From a virus (lineage: Duplodnaviria > Caudoviricetes), in IMG/VR virus record IMGVR_UViG_3300021400_000057, positions 11,334 through 75,333 of that record: a stretch of DNA of 64,000 nucleotides. One strand, 5' to 3'. The position numbers and the translations under genes were made by a program. Under the pieces are notes generated by a model. That model saw nothing but the letters and a program-made list of their open reading frames with translations, was not told the origin of the DNA and searched no databases. Shown here piece after piece: positions 28,315 through 38,155 of the stretch. The stretch's first letter is position 1. The number at the start of each line of letters is the position of its first letter.

Positions 28315-28496
28315 ACAACGAAAAGATGTGGGCAGTCTTGGACGTAATCAAGGCAACAGCTACCCTGCTTGGCGTTTGCGGTGCAATTCTTTTTTCGGTG
28401 GATGTCCTGTTTGGTACGGATTTACTTTCCATCGAAAAAGTGGTTGCATTGGCGATTCTTCTTGAATCGACTTACGCATTGCGCTTTGTAGTGTAG
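28311..28496 (+). CDS. Small 2-TM membrane protein
   Basis: Two hydrophobic segments; SD ggagg. Confidence 0.6.
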   Translation: MNNEKMWAVLDVIKATATLLGVCGAILFSVDVLFGTDLLSIEKVVALAILLESTYALRFVV

Positions 28497-28514
28497 TTTT
28501 TTTATTGCCTAAAT

Positions 28515-28530
28515 GTCCCATAATAGGGAC
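28515..28530. promoter_or_regulatory. Operator palindrome GTCCC-ATAATA-GGGAC
   Basis: Perfect 5-6-5 palindrome in an intergenic gap, followed by TAGG as at 19391 and 27071. Confidence 0.65.
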
Positions 28531-28547
28531 TAGGCACACGAAAGGAA

Positions 28548-28904
28548 GTGGTGATTATAGTTAAGGAGTTGATTCTTGCAGGGTTATTGGTAGGTTATCA
28601 TGCGATAGCCAGTGCTGAATGTGTCACGCAAGTCATGGAGATTAGCGCATACACATCAAACTATGACGAATGTGGTGATGATGAAGGAGTTACGGCAAGC
28701 GGAGAGGTAGCAATACCTTATCTGACCTGTGCCGCAGACCATTTGCCATTCGGTACGGTGGTTATTGTAGACGGGCAAGAGTGGATAGTAATGGATAGGT
28801 TTGGCGCTGGATACGAAGATAAACTAGACCTTCACATGACCACAAAAGATGAGTGCTTTGAGTTCGGTAGGCAAATTAAGGAGGTTTTAATTTGCTATGA
28901 GTAA
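28548..28904 (+). CDS. 3D-domain (MltA-like) protein with signal/TM
   Basis: MEISAYTS, GVTASG, CAADHLPFGTVV, VMDRFG, KLDLHM. Confidence 0.85.
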   Translation: MVIIVKELILAGLLVGYHAIASAECVTQVMEISAYTSNYDECGDDEGVTASGEVAIPYLTCAADHLPFGTVVIVDGQEWIVMDRFGAGYEDKLDLHMTTKDECFEFGRQIKEVLICYE

Positions 28905-29052
28905 GGACACGCTAAAAGGATACTTTGATGAAGTTGGGGGATACCACGAAGACGGTTGTGGTAACGCCCCAGACGGCGAGTTCTGTGGTGAATGTTCCAA
29001 GCTATCGTGTGCAGATTGCCCGGTTTGGAAGAAAGGTAGTGACAACAAATGA
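28897..29052 (+). CDS. Small Cys-rich protein (51 aa, below the ORF-track cutoff)
   Basis: MSKDTLKGYFDEVGGYHEDGCGNAPDGEFCGECSKLSCADCPVWKK; ATGA overlaps on both sides. Confidence 0.55.
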   Translation: MSKDTLKGYFDEVGGYHEDGCGNAPDGEFCGECSKLSCADCPVWKKGSDNK

Positions 29053-29501
29053 ATAAGTACAAAGACATTTTGAAGATTCTTGGTATCAAGTTCAACGCGC
29101 CGTATACGCTGAAGATGGCTGATACAGGACTTGTCATTGCAAAGAGCGTTGTGTTTCAGCGCGATGGAAAGATTGTCGATGAGAATAACGCTGATTGTAC
29201 GGTACAGCTTGCAGGGATTGTGCGTGGCGACATCTTGGCAATCTCGCTTTTGCCAGACGCGCCATTCCCGAATTATGGCGACGAGTATTGGTACGTCCGA
29301 ATCAAGGACGGTGGACAGAAGTTGTCTACGTTCATTGAAACCTTCGATGGATTCAATCTTGACTACGAGCATTTTATGACAGGTAATTGCTTCCGTACCA
29401 AAGAGGAAGCGGAGAAACACAAAGAGGAAATTGCACGAAAGCTCATTTCCTTCTACGAGAAACGTGGTGAATCATGCGTTAACGAGGGTGAGGCTGTATG
29501 A
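29049..29501 (+). CDS. Hypothetical protein
   Basis: 150 aa, coupled to the primase gene. Confidence 0.65.
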   Translation: MNKYKDILKILGIKFNAPYTLKMADTGLVIAKSVVFQRDGKIVDENNADCTVQLAGIVRGDILAISLLPDAPFPNYGDEYWYVRIKDGGQKLSTFIETFDGFNLDYEHFMTGNCFRTKEEAEKHKEEIARKLISFYEKRGESCVNEGEAV

Positions 29502-31498
29502 ATATCGTAGATGCCCTGCGTGGGAAAAGCCTTATTGAGTACATACCAGACCTAAAGGCTTACTCTGACGGGACATACCGATGCCCATGCCCGATTCACG
29601 AAGGACACAACGAGAGTGCGTTTGCTGTATTCCCGGACAGTAATCGGTTTTACTGCTTCGCTTGCGGTGCGTCAGGCGACATTATTCGGTTCGTCATGGA
29701 AAGGGATAAGGTTTCTTTTGATATGGCGATACAGACGCTTGCAGATGACTTCAATTTGACTATCGAAGTCGATGACAAGTACACCAGTATCAAGCAACTG
29801 TCTGACCGAAATTTATCATGGGCTAGGCAGATGCGTAGACAGACAGAGAAAGTCAAAGGTTACCTGTATGAACGTGGTTTGACTGACGAGACAATCAATA
29901 ACTATTTCATTGGGTACACAGAGAAGAAGTCGGCAATCGCAATACCGATGTTCGACCAGTACAAACGTATCGCAGGGTTCTTGTATCGGTTCTTTGAGCA
30001 GAAACCCAAGTATAAGAACAGCAAGAACGTCGATGGTTTGTTTGTAAAAGGCGAGTTCCTATTTGGGATACCGCAAGCTATCAAGCATTTGAAGGAAACT
30101 AACACGCTTATGCTTTGCGAGGGTGCATTTGATTGTATGAGTGCGGTACAGCAAGGATTATGTTGCGTAGCCTATTGCGGTATCAGCGTCACAGCAAAGC
30201 ATATTGAAGCAATTAAGAGGCTCATAGCGCCGATTAAAAACGCTAAGGTAGTGTTATGCCCGGATGCAGACGGAAAAGCCTCCAAGTTCGTTCTACGGGC
30301 GCGAGAATTATTCCGTAAGCACGCTCCAAAGGTGGTCGTAAAGGTTGCGGTTATCCCTGAAGGATACAAAGATTTCAACGATATGTTGGTGGGCGGCAAG
30401 GATATAGCCAAAGATTGCACATACGAGAATCTTGACTTGTATTGTGCAAAGCAAGTTATAGCCGAAGTAGACGATACAGAGGTTCAAGAACGTAATGCGA
30501 TAGAGTTTTGCAGGACAGTAGCTAATCCTGTCGTTAAAGCTGATATTGCAGAGTACCTCGCAAACCTTTGGAAACGCTCTACATCAATCGTCAAGGAGCT
30601 TTTGAGCGTACAGGACGATACGACAGAGGAAAAGCTAAGTCACATTCAGACGATTGACAAGGCTTATACGGCATTAGAAAGGAAACAGGTAGAGGAAACC
30701 TTTGGGATAGGCTTTCAGCACATCGACGAGACGGTGCAATTTGCACGGAAATCAGTGGTTATCTTGGGAGCGTATAGCTTCTCTGGTAAGAGCGATAATC
30801 TGATTGAATGGCTTTTGTACTGGTGCATTATCCTCAAAAAGAAATGCTTGTTCTTTTCTCTGGAAATGCCAGTCGAAGATGTGATGAAGATAATCATTGC
30901 GAAGGTCTGTCAGATTCCTAGATATACGGTGCAAACCTACATCAAGGAACATACGGATACCTACCAAATGATTATCGACAAGTTGAAAGAGTACCTCTAC
31001 ATCGTAGATGAGAACACATTGTCTCTTGACGAGATTGCGGATTACACAAGGCTTATTAAGGGGCGTGGGGTAGACATCGACATCGTTGCCGTTGATTATT
31101 TCCAGTATCTCAAACGCACACAGAGCGTCGAGGAACAGGAAAACACAGCGAAGCAAATGAAAGCTATCGCTAAATCCCTTGACGTTACGCTTGTTATGTT
31201 GAGTCAGCTTCGGAAATCCTCACAAAGCAAAGAAGCAAATGGGAAGTTCCATGAGCCGACGCAAGCTGACCTTGCAGGAGCAGGGGGTATCGGAAACAGT
31301 GGCGACTATATTTTCCTGATATGGCGACCAGCATTAAACTCGGAGCTTTCGCCTATCGACAGGGAGAAAACCAAGTACGATACGATGCTAAAAATTACGA
31401 AAGCAAGGGAAGTACGCAACGGCAATACGATATTTACATTGCGGTATGACCCTAATACGTCGCGGATTACAGAAAAGGTAGAACAGGAGGAGTCATAA
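29498..31498 (+). CDS. DNA primase-helicase fusion (CHC2 Zn finger, TOPRIM, DnaB-like)
   Basis: CPIH..FYCFACGASGD; LCEGAFD..CPDAD..KDFND; Walker A AYSFSGKS; FFSLEMP; VAVDYFQ; MLSQL; LAGAGGI. Confidence 0.93.
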   Translation: MNIVDALRGKSLIEYIPDLKAYSDGTYRCPCPIHEGHNESAFAVFPDSNRFYCFACGASGDIIRFVMERDKVSFDMAIQTLADDFNLTIEVDDKYTSIKQLSDRNLSWARQMRRQTEKVKGYLYERGLTDETINNYFIGYTEKKSAIAIPMFDQYKRIAGFLYRFFEQKPKYKNSKNVDGLFVKGEFLFGIPQAIKHLKETNTLMLCEGAFDCMSAVQQGLCCVAYCGISVTAKHIEAIKRLIAPIKNAKVVLCPDADGKASKFVLRARELFRKHAPKVVVKVAVIPEGYKDFNDMLVGGKDIAKDCTYENLDLYCAKQVIAEVDDTEVQERNAIEFCRTVANPVVKADIAEYLANLWKRSTSIVKELLSVQDDTTEEKLSHIQTIDKAYTALERKQVEETFGIGFQHIDETVQFARKSVVILGAYSFSGKSDNLIEWLLYWCIILKKKCLFFSLEMPVEDVMKIIIAKVCQIPRYTVQTYIKEHTDTYQMIIDKLKEYLYIVDENTLSLDEIADYTRLIKGRGVDIDIVAVDYFQYLKRTQSVEEQENTAKQMKAIAKSLDVTLVMLSQLRKSSQSKEANGKFHEPTQADLAGAGGIGNSGDYIFLIWRPALNSELSPIDREKTKYDTMLKITKAREVRNGNTIFTLRYDPNTSRITEKVEQEES

Positions 31499-31705
31499 GT
31501 GGACGGTCAACGAGTAGTTATTAAAATCCAACGCCCACGAGGGGTAAAGTTTTTTTCGACGGACTTGCGGAATACACAAGGAACAATCGTTGCTTCTATC
31601 AGCACTGGCGGGGCGATGATTTTGTGTGACGCAGACCATAACCCGTGGGCTTTTTCCGAAGAAGAATATGAAATTATTGACGACGAGAAAAAGGTGGTGT
31701 CGTAA
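31499..31705 (+). CDS. Hypothetical protein, tandem paralog A
   Basis: GQRVVIK..RP.G..T.G.I..GA.ILC.AD..WAF...EYE.I shared with the next ORF. Confidence 0.7.
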   Translation: MDGQRVVIKIQRPRGVKFFSTDLRNTQGTIVASISTGGAMILCDADHNPWAFSEEEYEIIDDEKKVVS

Positions 31706-31915
31706 GTGAGGAGAGGGCAACGTGTAGTTATCAAAGTTGAGAGGCCGCAAGGAGATTTTGATTTTCCGATAAACCTCAAAGACACAAAGGGCATAATTAT
31801 CCGAGAGATTTTGTCAGACACTATTGATGGCGCTCTCATTCTGTGTGAGGCTGACGATTGTATTTGGGCGTTCAAGCCGTCAGAGTACGAGGTTATAAGC
31901 GAGGAGGATAGTTAA
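31706..31915 (+). CDS. Hypothetical protein, tandem paralog B
   Basis: Same motif set as 31499-31705. Confidence 0.7.
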   Translation: MRRGQRVVIKVERPQGDFDFPINLKDTKGIIIREILSDTIDGALILCEADDCIWAFKPSEYEVISEEDS

Positions 31916-32152
31916 ATGTCATACGGTAACTTATTTCATGAACTTCGCGATAACGCTTTCGATAGTGTCTTGGATGACTATGCTGTGTGGGATAGGACAG
32001 GCGTTATCCCGGATGGAGGAGTTCTTGCTAAGATTCGGGATAATTACTGCGGACAATTTGACGTACATGGCTTAATGGTTATGGAACGACATCTTCTCAA
32101 TGAGTGTGTTATTCGTTTGCAGAGACAGTATAAACAGCAGAAAGGAGTGTAA
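31916..32152 (+). CDS. Hypothetical protein
   Basis: SD gaggagg, 78 aa. Confidence 0.65.
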   Translation: MSYGNLFHELRDNAFDSVLDDYAVWDRTGVIPDGGVLAKIRDNYCGQFDVHGLMVMERHLLNECVIRLQRQYKQQKGV

Positions 32153-32154
32153 CG

Positions 32155-33096
32155 ATGCCAGCAGTAGGTTTCAAATGCCCGAATGATATGGGCTTTGCTT
32201 ATTGGAAGAATGATTATGCAGAGCAGAAATGTAGCCATTGCCCGAATCCTTGTATGGCGCGTCCTGCATTACAGGCGGCGGCACAGCAAAGACCGTGGAA
32301 GGGGAAGCCGAGCGTGACGCAGTTGATTCAGCCAACACTTCCTACTTATCTTGCTATCGTCAAGGATTACTTCATTGAGCCGATGGGGACAATCGCTTCG
32401 ATGATTGGCACAAACAGCCACCAAGCGTTTGAAAACGCACAGCCTAACAACTGGCTTGCCGAGGTACGGCTTGAAGATGACATTACAAGTGGTCAGTTCG
32501 ATGCCTATGACACTACGACGAAAACCCTTTGGGACTGGAAATTCTTTGGAGCTTTCCGCATTGCGAAAGCTCTTGGGTATACCCCTCGATGGACGAAGAA
32601 AATCATTACGAGAGGCAAGAACAAAGGGCAGGAAAAGTGGGAACAAGTCTTTGAGTATGGCGGTGTCCGTGATATTCGAGAGATTGCGATACAGTTGAAT
32701 TACTACCGCTATCTTATGGAGAAGCAGGGGCTTGAAGTCAAGAACATCAAGGTCAATATGTTTATCCGTGGCGGTCTTGATGCAACTGCAAAGCGTTATG
32801 GACTGACACAGCCAGCCTATATCGTTCCTATCAATTTCATCAGCAAGCAATGGGTACGCAAGTACATGGTGATGAAGTACGATGCGCTTATGAGGGCGCT
32901 AGAGGAATACGAGCGTGAAGGCGTTGGCGTGCCGGACTTCATTCCAAGCTGTCTGTCCACTTGCAACAAGCGTGACAGGTGGGATAACTCCAAGACTTAT
33001 CCTGATAGGAAGTGCCGTGACTGGTGTAACGTCCATGAGTTCTGTCCATACTGGCAGGAGAATTATGGCGGTGCGGCGGGTTTCCTTGCCGATTAG
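32155..33096 (+). CDS. PD-(D/E)XK exonuclease, Cas4/AddB-like
   Basis: PSVTQL, SGQFDAYD..LWDWK, QLNYY, C-terminal C..RW..KCRDWCNVHEFCPYW plus N-terminal Cys cluster. Confidence 0.75.
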   Translation: MPAVGFKCPNDMGFAYWKNDYAEQKCSHCPNPCMARPALQAAAQQRPWKGKPSVTQLIQPTLPTYLAIVKDYFIEPMGTIASMIGTNSHQAFENAQPNNWLAEVRLEDDITSGQFDAYDTTTKTLWDWKFFGAFRIAKALGYTPRWTKKIITRGKNKGQEKWEQVFEYGGVRDIREIAIQLNYYRYLMEKQGLEVKNIKVNMFIRGGLDATAKRYGLTQPAYIVPINFISKQWVRKYMVMKYDALMRALEEYEREGVGVPDFIPSCLSTCNKRDRWDNSKTYPDRKCRDWCNVHEFCPYWQENYGGAAGFLAD

Positions 33097-33123
33097 TCTC
33101 ACATTGAGGACGGTGATGATTAA

Positions 33124-33381
33124 ATGATTGAACGTACAGATTTGACCGTTACAATCTTTGCCTTGCGCTATGCGGCAAACAGATTGTCGTATGCTCCCGG
33201 TCTTGTATGCGACTATATCATTGGTCGTATTCCACAGATGGATGAGCAACAGCGAGAGCAGATGCAAAAAGAAGTTGAAACAATCATACGTTACCATGAG
33301 TACGCCGACAACATAGCACTCATGGATTTGATGAAGTTACAGACGGCACTAAAGGAGAGTGACAAACGTGAAGGAGATTAA
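33124..33381 (+). CDS. Hypothetical protein (paralog of 33621-33872)
   Basis: FALRYA..VC.YI...IP.MD......M..EV motif. Confidence 0.65.
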   Translation: MIERTDLTVTIFALRYAANRLSYAPGLVCDYIIGRIPQMDEQQREQMQKEVETIIRYHEYADNIALMDLMKLQTALKESDKREGD

Positions 33382-33616
33382 ACGCTGTCCGTTTTGCGGC
33401 GGTACAGCAAAGTTGAGTGTGCGTGAGCGTAGTTTCAATGGATACAACGCAGATGGCACAAGGAAAAGAACACACTTCATTCAGGTCATTTGCAACAAAT
33501 GTCATGCACGGGGCGGCACATTGGCTATCAACCTTGAAAAGAGTAGGTGGTACGAAGTGCCAAGCAAAGAGGATGAGGATAAGGCAATCGACCTCTGGAA
33601 TCGAAGGGCGGTGTAG
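33359..33616 (+). CDS. Lar-family restriction alleviation protein
   Basis: IKRCPFCGGTAKL..VICNKCHARG..AIDLWNRR. Confidence 0.75.
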   Translation: MTNVKEIKRCPFCGGTAKLSVRERSFNGYNADGTRKRTHFIQVICNKCHARGGTLAINLEKSRWYEVPSKEDEDKAIDLWNRRAV

Positions 33617-33620
33617 TTCA

Positions 33621-33872
33621 GTGTCGATACCAAAAAATGAGCGTGACGTGCTTGCTTTTGCATTGCGATACGCACTTCCGCGCCGCACAGGTGTAGCCAG
33701 AACAGTGTGTGAATACATCGCACAGCAGATACCACGCATGGACGACATAGACAAACAAGATATGAAAGAGGAAGTTCATGGCTTGTTCAAGTCGTGTGCC
33801 GATGATTACGCCAGAATATGTGCTATGAATCTTTTGAAAGACTTGGAAAAATCACGAATAAAGGAGAGATAA
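33621..33872 (+). CDS. Hypothetical protein (paralog of 33124-33381)
   Basis: FALRYALPRRTGVARTVCEYIAQQIPRMD; GTG start. Confidence 0.6.
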   Translation: MSIPKNERDVLAFALRYALPRRTGVARTVCEYIAQQIPRMDDIDKQDMKEEVHGLFKSCADDYARICAMNLLKDLEKSRIKER

Positions 33873-33874
33873 AG

Positions 33875-34474
33875 ATGAATTTCAAAGTTGGCGATGATGT
33901 TTATTTTTACGACGGCAACGCAAAGACGCATGGAACTGTCGTGAATATCGAAGGGATTTTTGCGAAGGTTCGTGTGTGTTCCGCTGTCTATAAAAAGCCT
34001 ATCTTCAAGGTGATACTGATGTCCAATCTTGTGCTTAATGATAAAGCCACGAAGCCCAAGCCGACGAAGCTGGAAGAAATGATTGACCACCAAGCCGAGC
34101 AAGATGCAAAGGAACGCCGTTCCAAAGATTTGCGTGGCGGCACGGCAAAGGACGCTACGCATTATCAGAGGGCGGCAATGCAACCGATTGAGATAATGCA
34201 ACGCTTCCTGACCCGCGAGGAGTTTATCGGATTCCTGAAAGGTAACATCATCAAGTACAAAGCACGGGCGGCTTTTAAGGGAAGCAGGAAAGAGGATATG
34301 CAGAAAACCAAACAGTATGCGTACTGGTTGGCAATGGCAGAAGCAGGAGTTTCGATTGATGCCAAGCGTGATAGCGTACCCGACAACTTTCACATGAAAA
34401 CTACGTTTGACATCAGCCATAACTACTCTGATAGACAACTGATTATGGGAGGTAAATACGATGGCAATGAGTAA
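33875..34474 (+). CDS. DUF3310-domain protein
   Basis: HYQ..MQPIEIM..EEFIGFLKGNIIKY..R...KG...EDM.K..QY; SD aaggag before MNFKVGD. Confidence 0.75.
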   Translation: MNFKVGDDVYFYDGNAKTHGTVVNIEGIFAKVRVCSAVYKKPIFKVILMSNLVLNDKATKPKPTKLEEMIDHQAEQDAKERRSKDLRGGTAKDATHYQRAAMQPIEIMQRFLTREEFIGFLKGNIIKYKARAAFKGSRKEDMQKTKQYAYWLAMAEAGVSIDAKRDSVPDNFHMKTTFDISHNYSDRQLIMGGKYDGNE

Positions 34475-35066
34475 AACACGACAGATGTTCCCTGCTGGAA
34501 CATGGGTAAAGGCAAAGTATAATGGCGGTATCTTCATTGGCACTGTCAAGGTTGCTCCGCCGACTGGCGAGAATAGCAACAAACGATATGTGTACTTCAA
34601 CAAGATGTTTGACAAGCAAAGCGGTAAGTTTGAGCGAATCAGCACGCACGGAGAATGGGTGTATGTCAATAACCTCAAAGAAGTGGATGTCGAAACGGAG
34701 ACTGATAATACACTTGTCATTACAGTCAATGATACTACGCGCAAGACCACGTTGCGGGACAGTAACAATCGCAAGGTTGTAGCTCGTTGCCATCCTGATG
34801 ATAAGTTCTCTGAAAAGATTGGCGTATCCGTTGTTTTGTCTAGGTACTATGACGGCTTTGCTGATGGCGACCATATTTATTCTGTCGAAGCGAATGGACA
34901 AATCGGAGACATTGTGTACCACAAAGACAAGATGAATCCCAAACTGAAATCCGAGCTTGAAACGCGCTTGGCTCTTGGCAATGTGTTTGCCAACAGGCGC
35001 AATGCGGAGGTAGCCGCTAAAAAAATCGCAAGCGTATTCAGCGACAATGCGAGGACGTTGCCATGA
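34461..35066 (+). CDS. Hypothetical protein
   Basis: 201 aa; VVARCHPDDKFSEKIG motif common in phage proteins. Confidence 0.65.
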   Translation: MAMSKTRQMFPAGTWVKAKYNGGIFIGTVKVAPPTGENSNKRYVYFNKMFDKQSGKFERISTHGEWVYVNNLKEVDVETETDNTLVITVNDTTRKTTLRDSNNRKVVARCHPDDKFSEKIGVSVVLSRYYDGFADGDHIYSVEANGQIGDIVYHKDKMNPKLKSELETRLALGNVFANRRNAEVAAKKIASVFSDNARTLP

Positions 35067-35320
35067 GAAACGCCATGAAAGTCAGGTGGGACAGCGAGAA
35101 AGACGCTTGGCTTGTTGCGAGGCTTCACAAACAAAGCTGTATCAACTGGACTACGGTATCTGATGAGTTCCATAAAGCGTTCAATGTTTGCTATCCTGTC
35201 GGGCGGCTGATGAGGCGATGGCGCGAATTGAAGTGTCAGATAGGTTTCGACATTCAAAAGCGGAGAGGGGGTAGATGCTGTGGAATTACGCTTGACAGTT
35301 CCCATTGCTCCGAGTGTTAA
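35063..35320 (+). CDS. Small Myb/HTH-like protein
   Basis: VRWDSEKDAWL..NWTTVSDEF..RRW. Confidence 0.4.
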   Translation: MRNAMKVRWDSEKDAWLVARLHKQSCINWTTVSDEFHKAFNVCYPVGRLMRRWRELKCQIGFDIQKRRGGRCCGITLDSSHCSEC

Positions 35321-35669
35321 TGCCATGTACTTCACGACCAAATTTGGGAAACGTGTGCGTACAAAGAAGGCAAAGGAATGGTTTGAAGAAGCCGAGGCGA
35401 TTACGCGAAAGGCTATCGAAGAACAGGGCTGGAAAAAGACGGAAGGTCAGAAGGTCGTAGTCAATGTGTTGACTATGTGGGGCGATAAGAGACGGAGAGA
35501 CACTAACAATCTTTCCAAAAGCCTTGCAGATATGCTTGAACACGCAGGGGTTTACGACGATGATTTCTATGCCCTTATCAGATACATCGACTTCGGCGTT
35601 GACAAAGACAATCCGCGAATGGAAATGGTTATCAAACCGTTTACAAAAAAAGAAAGATGGAAGGGGTGA
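35280..35669 (+). CDS. rusA: RusA-like Holliday junction resolvase
   Basis: IAPSVNAMY, RRRDTNNLSKSLADML..GVYDDD. Confidence 0.88.
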   Translation: MELRLTVPIAPSVNAMYFTTKFGKRVRTKKAKEWFEEAEAITRKAIEEQGWKKTEGQKVVVNVLTMWGDKRRRDTNNLSKSLADMLEHAGVYDDDFYALIRYIDFGVDKDNPRMEMVIKPFTKKERWKG

Positions 35670-35673
35670 TAGC

Positions 35674-35919
35674 ATGAAGGAGCTTGCGGTCAATGAGTTG
35701 GCTAAATTTGCAAAGATGAGGAATACGGCTGTCAAGAAAGATGCCGATTATCACGTTGTCGATTACATGGCTGAACGTCAGCGCAAAGAAGCCCAAAGGA
35801 AAGCGAAGTACGACAACAGTGGGAAGGAATACTACGAAGCAAAAGCGCGTAGGCGTAACTTACAGGAGGCAGACGATGACGAAGAAGGAAGCGACAGCAC
35901 TGATACAAGCACTGTCTAA
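35674..35919 (+). CDS. Hypothetical protein
   Basis: SD aaggggtg before MKELAVNE. Confidence 0.55.
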   Translation: MKELAVNELAKFAKMRNTAVKKDADYHVVDYMAERQRKEAQRKAKYDNSGKEYYEAKARRRNLQEADDDEEGSDSTDTSTV

Positions 35920-36058
35920 AGCGCGTAATATTTGCGCGTCGAATATCAAGAACGATTGCGCTGGGTGTCCATTGAAATTGAGTAACGAAGAAGAAAAATA
36001 CAACTGTATGATTCGTTACGATGACCGCCCGTGTGATTGGATTCTTGCAATATATTAA
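35876..36058 (+). CDS. Small Cys-containing protein
   Basis: SD ggagg; C....C.GCPL..C motif. Confidence 0.55.
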   Translation: MTKKEATALIQALSKARNICASNIKNDCAGCPLKLSNEEEKYNCMIRYDDRPCDWILAIY

Positions 36059-36061
36059 GGA

Positions 36062-38155
36062 GTGATGCTAATGAAGGTAGAAAAGCGAGACGGCAGGATT
36101 GAGAACTACAATCCTCAAAAGGTAGCAAAGGCAGTAGCGGCGGCGGCAAATGAGGTAGACGAACCGTGTCCGTCAATCCGATTGTCCTTTGACAAAGATG
36201 TTGTAACTGTCGATGAGATTCACGACGAGGTTGAACGGCACTTGATGAAAGCTAATCCTGCGGTAGCAAAGGCTTACATTCTCTATCGCCAACATCGCAC
36301 GGATATTCGCGAAGGTAAGAGCGAACTCATGGGGAAGGTTGGTAAGCTGGTTGCAGAAATGAACCATGACAATGCCAACACTGGAAACAGTGCGGCAAGC
36401 AAGATGTATGGCATTGCAGAGGCCGCAAGCAAGACTTACTTCCTCGCGCATGAACCGAAACGTATGGCAGAGAATCACAAGAAGGGACGTATTTATCAGC
36501 ACGATTTGGGTTATCGTTCCCTTACATTCAACTGTTTTTTCAATCCTCTTGGGAAAATGCTGGAACATGGCTTTGACAACGGGGTAGGACGTATCCGTAC
36601 TCCGAAACGGATTGGAAGTGCAGTAGCTTTGGCGGCGATTATCCTGCAATCCAGTCAGAACGATATGTTTGGCGGTCAAGGCTTCCTTCACTTCGACACA
36701 GACCTTGTGCCGTATGTCAAGAAAGAGTTTGACTATCAGTGGGGGCAGATTATTAAGACGTTAGGCGCGTTCAAAGCTGATGCCTCTGACGAAGATATTG
36801 ACAAACTTGCATGGAAACGCACGGACAAGGCTGTGTTTCAAGCAATGGAAGCGTTTGTGTATAACATGAACACGATGCGGTCAAGGAGTGGAGCACAAGT
36901 AACCTTCTCGTCTGTCAACTTCGGCACGGATACGGGCGAAGAAGCGCGTATGATTTCCAAGAATCTGCTGAAAGCCTACATCGCAGGACTTGGTGACGGC
37001 GAGAATCCTATCTTCCCGAACCTCTGCTATCGAGTACAAAAAGGTGTGAACCTCAATCCGGGCGACCCGAACTTTGACCTTACGGAGCTTGCCATTGAGT
37101 GCGTCGGAAAGCGTATCCAGCCTAGATTTGTATTCGTTGATAGCCCTGCATATCCCGATAAGTGGGAAGCAGGAACGATGGGATGTAGAACGGCTATCCG
37201 TTCCAACGTCAACGGCGATGCTTCGCCCGATGCCCGTGGCAATCTTGCTTTTAACACAATCAATCTTCCATATCTTGCGCTGGAAGCGAATCGAAAAGCC
37301 GAAAAGACTGGCGAAAACAATGTGGTGACGTTCTTCCGAATCCTTGATATGGCAATATCCGATGCCATTGCAGAGCTTCGTGAACGCTACGGTATCATCA
37401 AGGAATTGAAAGTTAAAGACATTCCTTTTATTGGTCAGTGGTACATGGGGCATGAAGGTTTGACTTCAGAAGATACGATTGAGCCGATGGTGAAAAACGG
37501 GACGCTTTCGGTAGGGTTTATCGGGCTTGCGGAAACTCTTATGGTACTTCGCGGCGAACATCACGGACAGTCACAGACAGCGCAGGAGCTTGGGCTTGAA
37601 ATTGTTGGGCGTATTCGTGAGCGTACCGACAAAGCCACGAAAGATTACAGCCTAAACTTCTCGACATTCGCTACTCCTGCGGAGAGTGCTTGCTACACAC
37701 TTCTCAAAGCTATCCGCAAAGAGTTTGGCTACGTCGAGGGCGTGACGGATAAAGAGTATCTGACAAACTCTTTCCATTTGCCTGTAGGCTTTGAGTGCGA
37801 TATGAAAACAAAGATTGACATTGAAGCTCCGTATCATCTGCTCTGCAACGCAGGAGCTATCATGTACGTCGAGGCTCCTTCATCGCCCAAGTTCAATCCC
37901 GAAGGTATGTTGAAGCTGATTCAGTACATGGCTGAAAGCGGCGCTGTATATGGCGGCTTGAACTTCGAGCAATCCTTCTGCCGCGAGTGCCACTACACAG
38001 GTACTTATGGGGACACTTGCCCGAAATGCGGAAGCAAGAACGTGAGAACAGTGCGGATTGTCACAGGCTACCTTTCCGAAGTACAGCGGTTTAACCCCGG
38101 AAAGATTGCAGAATCGAGCGAAAGGTATGCTCATGCGGGAGGCGGATTGCATTGA
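36062..38155 (+). CDS. nrdD: Anaerobic (class III) ribonucleotide reductase
   Basis: ATP cone (VEKRDGRIENYNPQK), IYQHDL, GTMGCRT, GNLAFNTINLP, TPAES, CRECHY..CPKCG, RIVTGYL glycyl-radical motif. Confidence 0.96.
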   Translation: MMLMKVEKRDGRIENYNPQKVAKAVAAAANEVDEPCPSIRLSFDKDVVTVDEIHDEVERHLMKANPAVAKAYILYRQHRTDIREGKSELMGKVGKLVAEMNHDNANTGNSAASKMYGIAEAASKTYFLAHEPKRMAENHKKGRIYQHDLGYRSLTFNCFFNPLGKMLEHGFDNGVGRIRTPKRIGSAVALAAIILQSSQNDMFGGQGFLHFDTDLVPYVKKEFDYQWGQIIKTLGAFKADASDEDIDKLAWKRTDKAVFQAMEAFVYNMNTMRSRSGAQVTFSSVNFGTDTGEEARMISKNLLKAYIAGLGDGENPIFPNLCYRVQKGVNLNPGDPNFDLTELAIECVGKRIQPRFVFVDSPAYPDKWEAGTMGCRTAIRSNVNGDASPDARGNLAFNTINLPYLALEANRKAEKTGENNVVTFFRILDMAISDAIAELRERYGIIKELKVKDIPFIGQWYMGHEGLTSEDTIEPMVKNGTLSVGFIGLAETLMVLRGEHHGQSQTAQELGLEIVGRIRERTDKATKDYSLNFSTFATPAESACYTLLKAIRKEFGYVEGVTDKEYLTNSFHLPVGFECDMKTKIDIEAPYHLLCNAGAIMYVEAPSSPKFNPEGMLKLIQYMAESGAVYGGLNFEQSFCRECHYTGTYGDTCPKCGSKNVRTVRIVTGYLSEVQRFNPGKIAESSERYAHAGGGLH

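Noticed and set aside
21782-38155. Introns/inteins in dnaE, helicase or nrdD; stop-codon reassignment
   Set aside because: These genes are continuous and of normal length under the standard code, with no intein or homing-endonuclease motifs seen.
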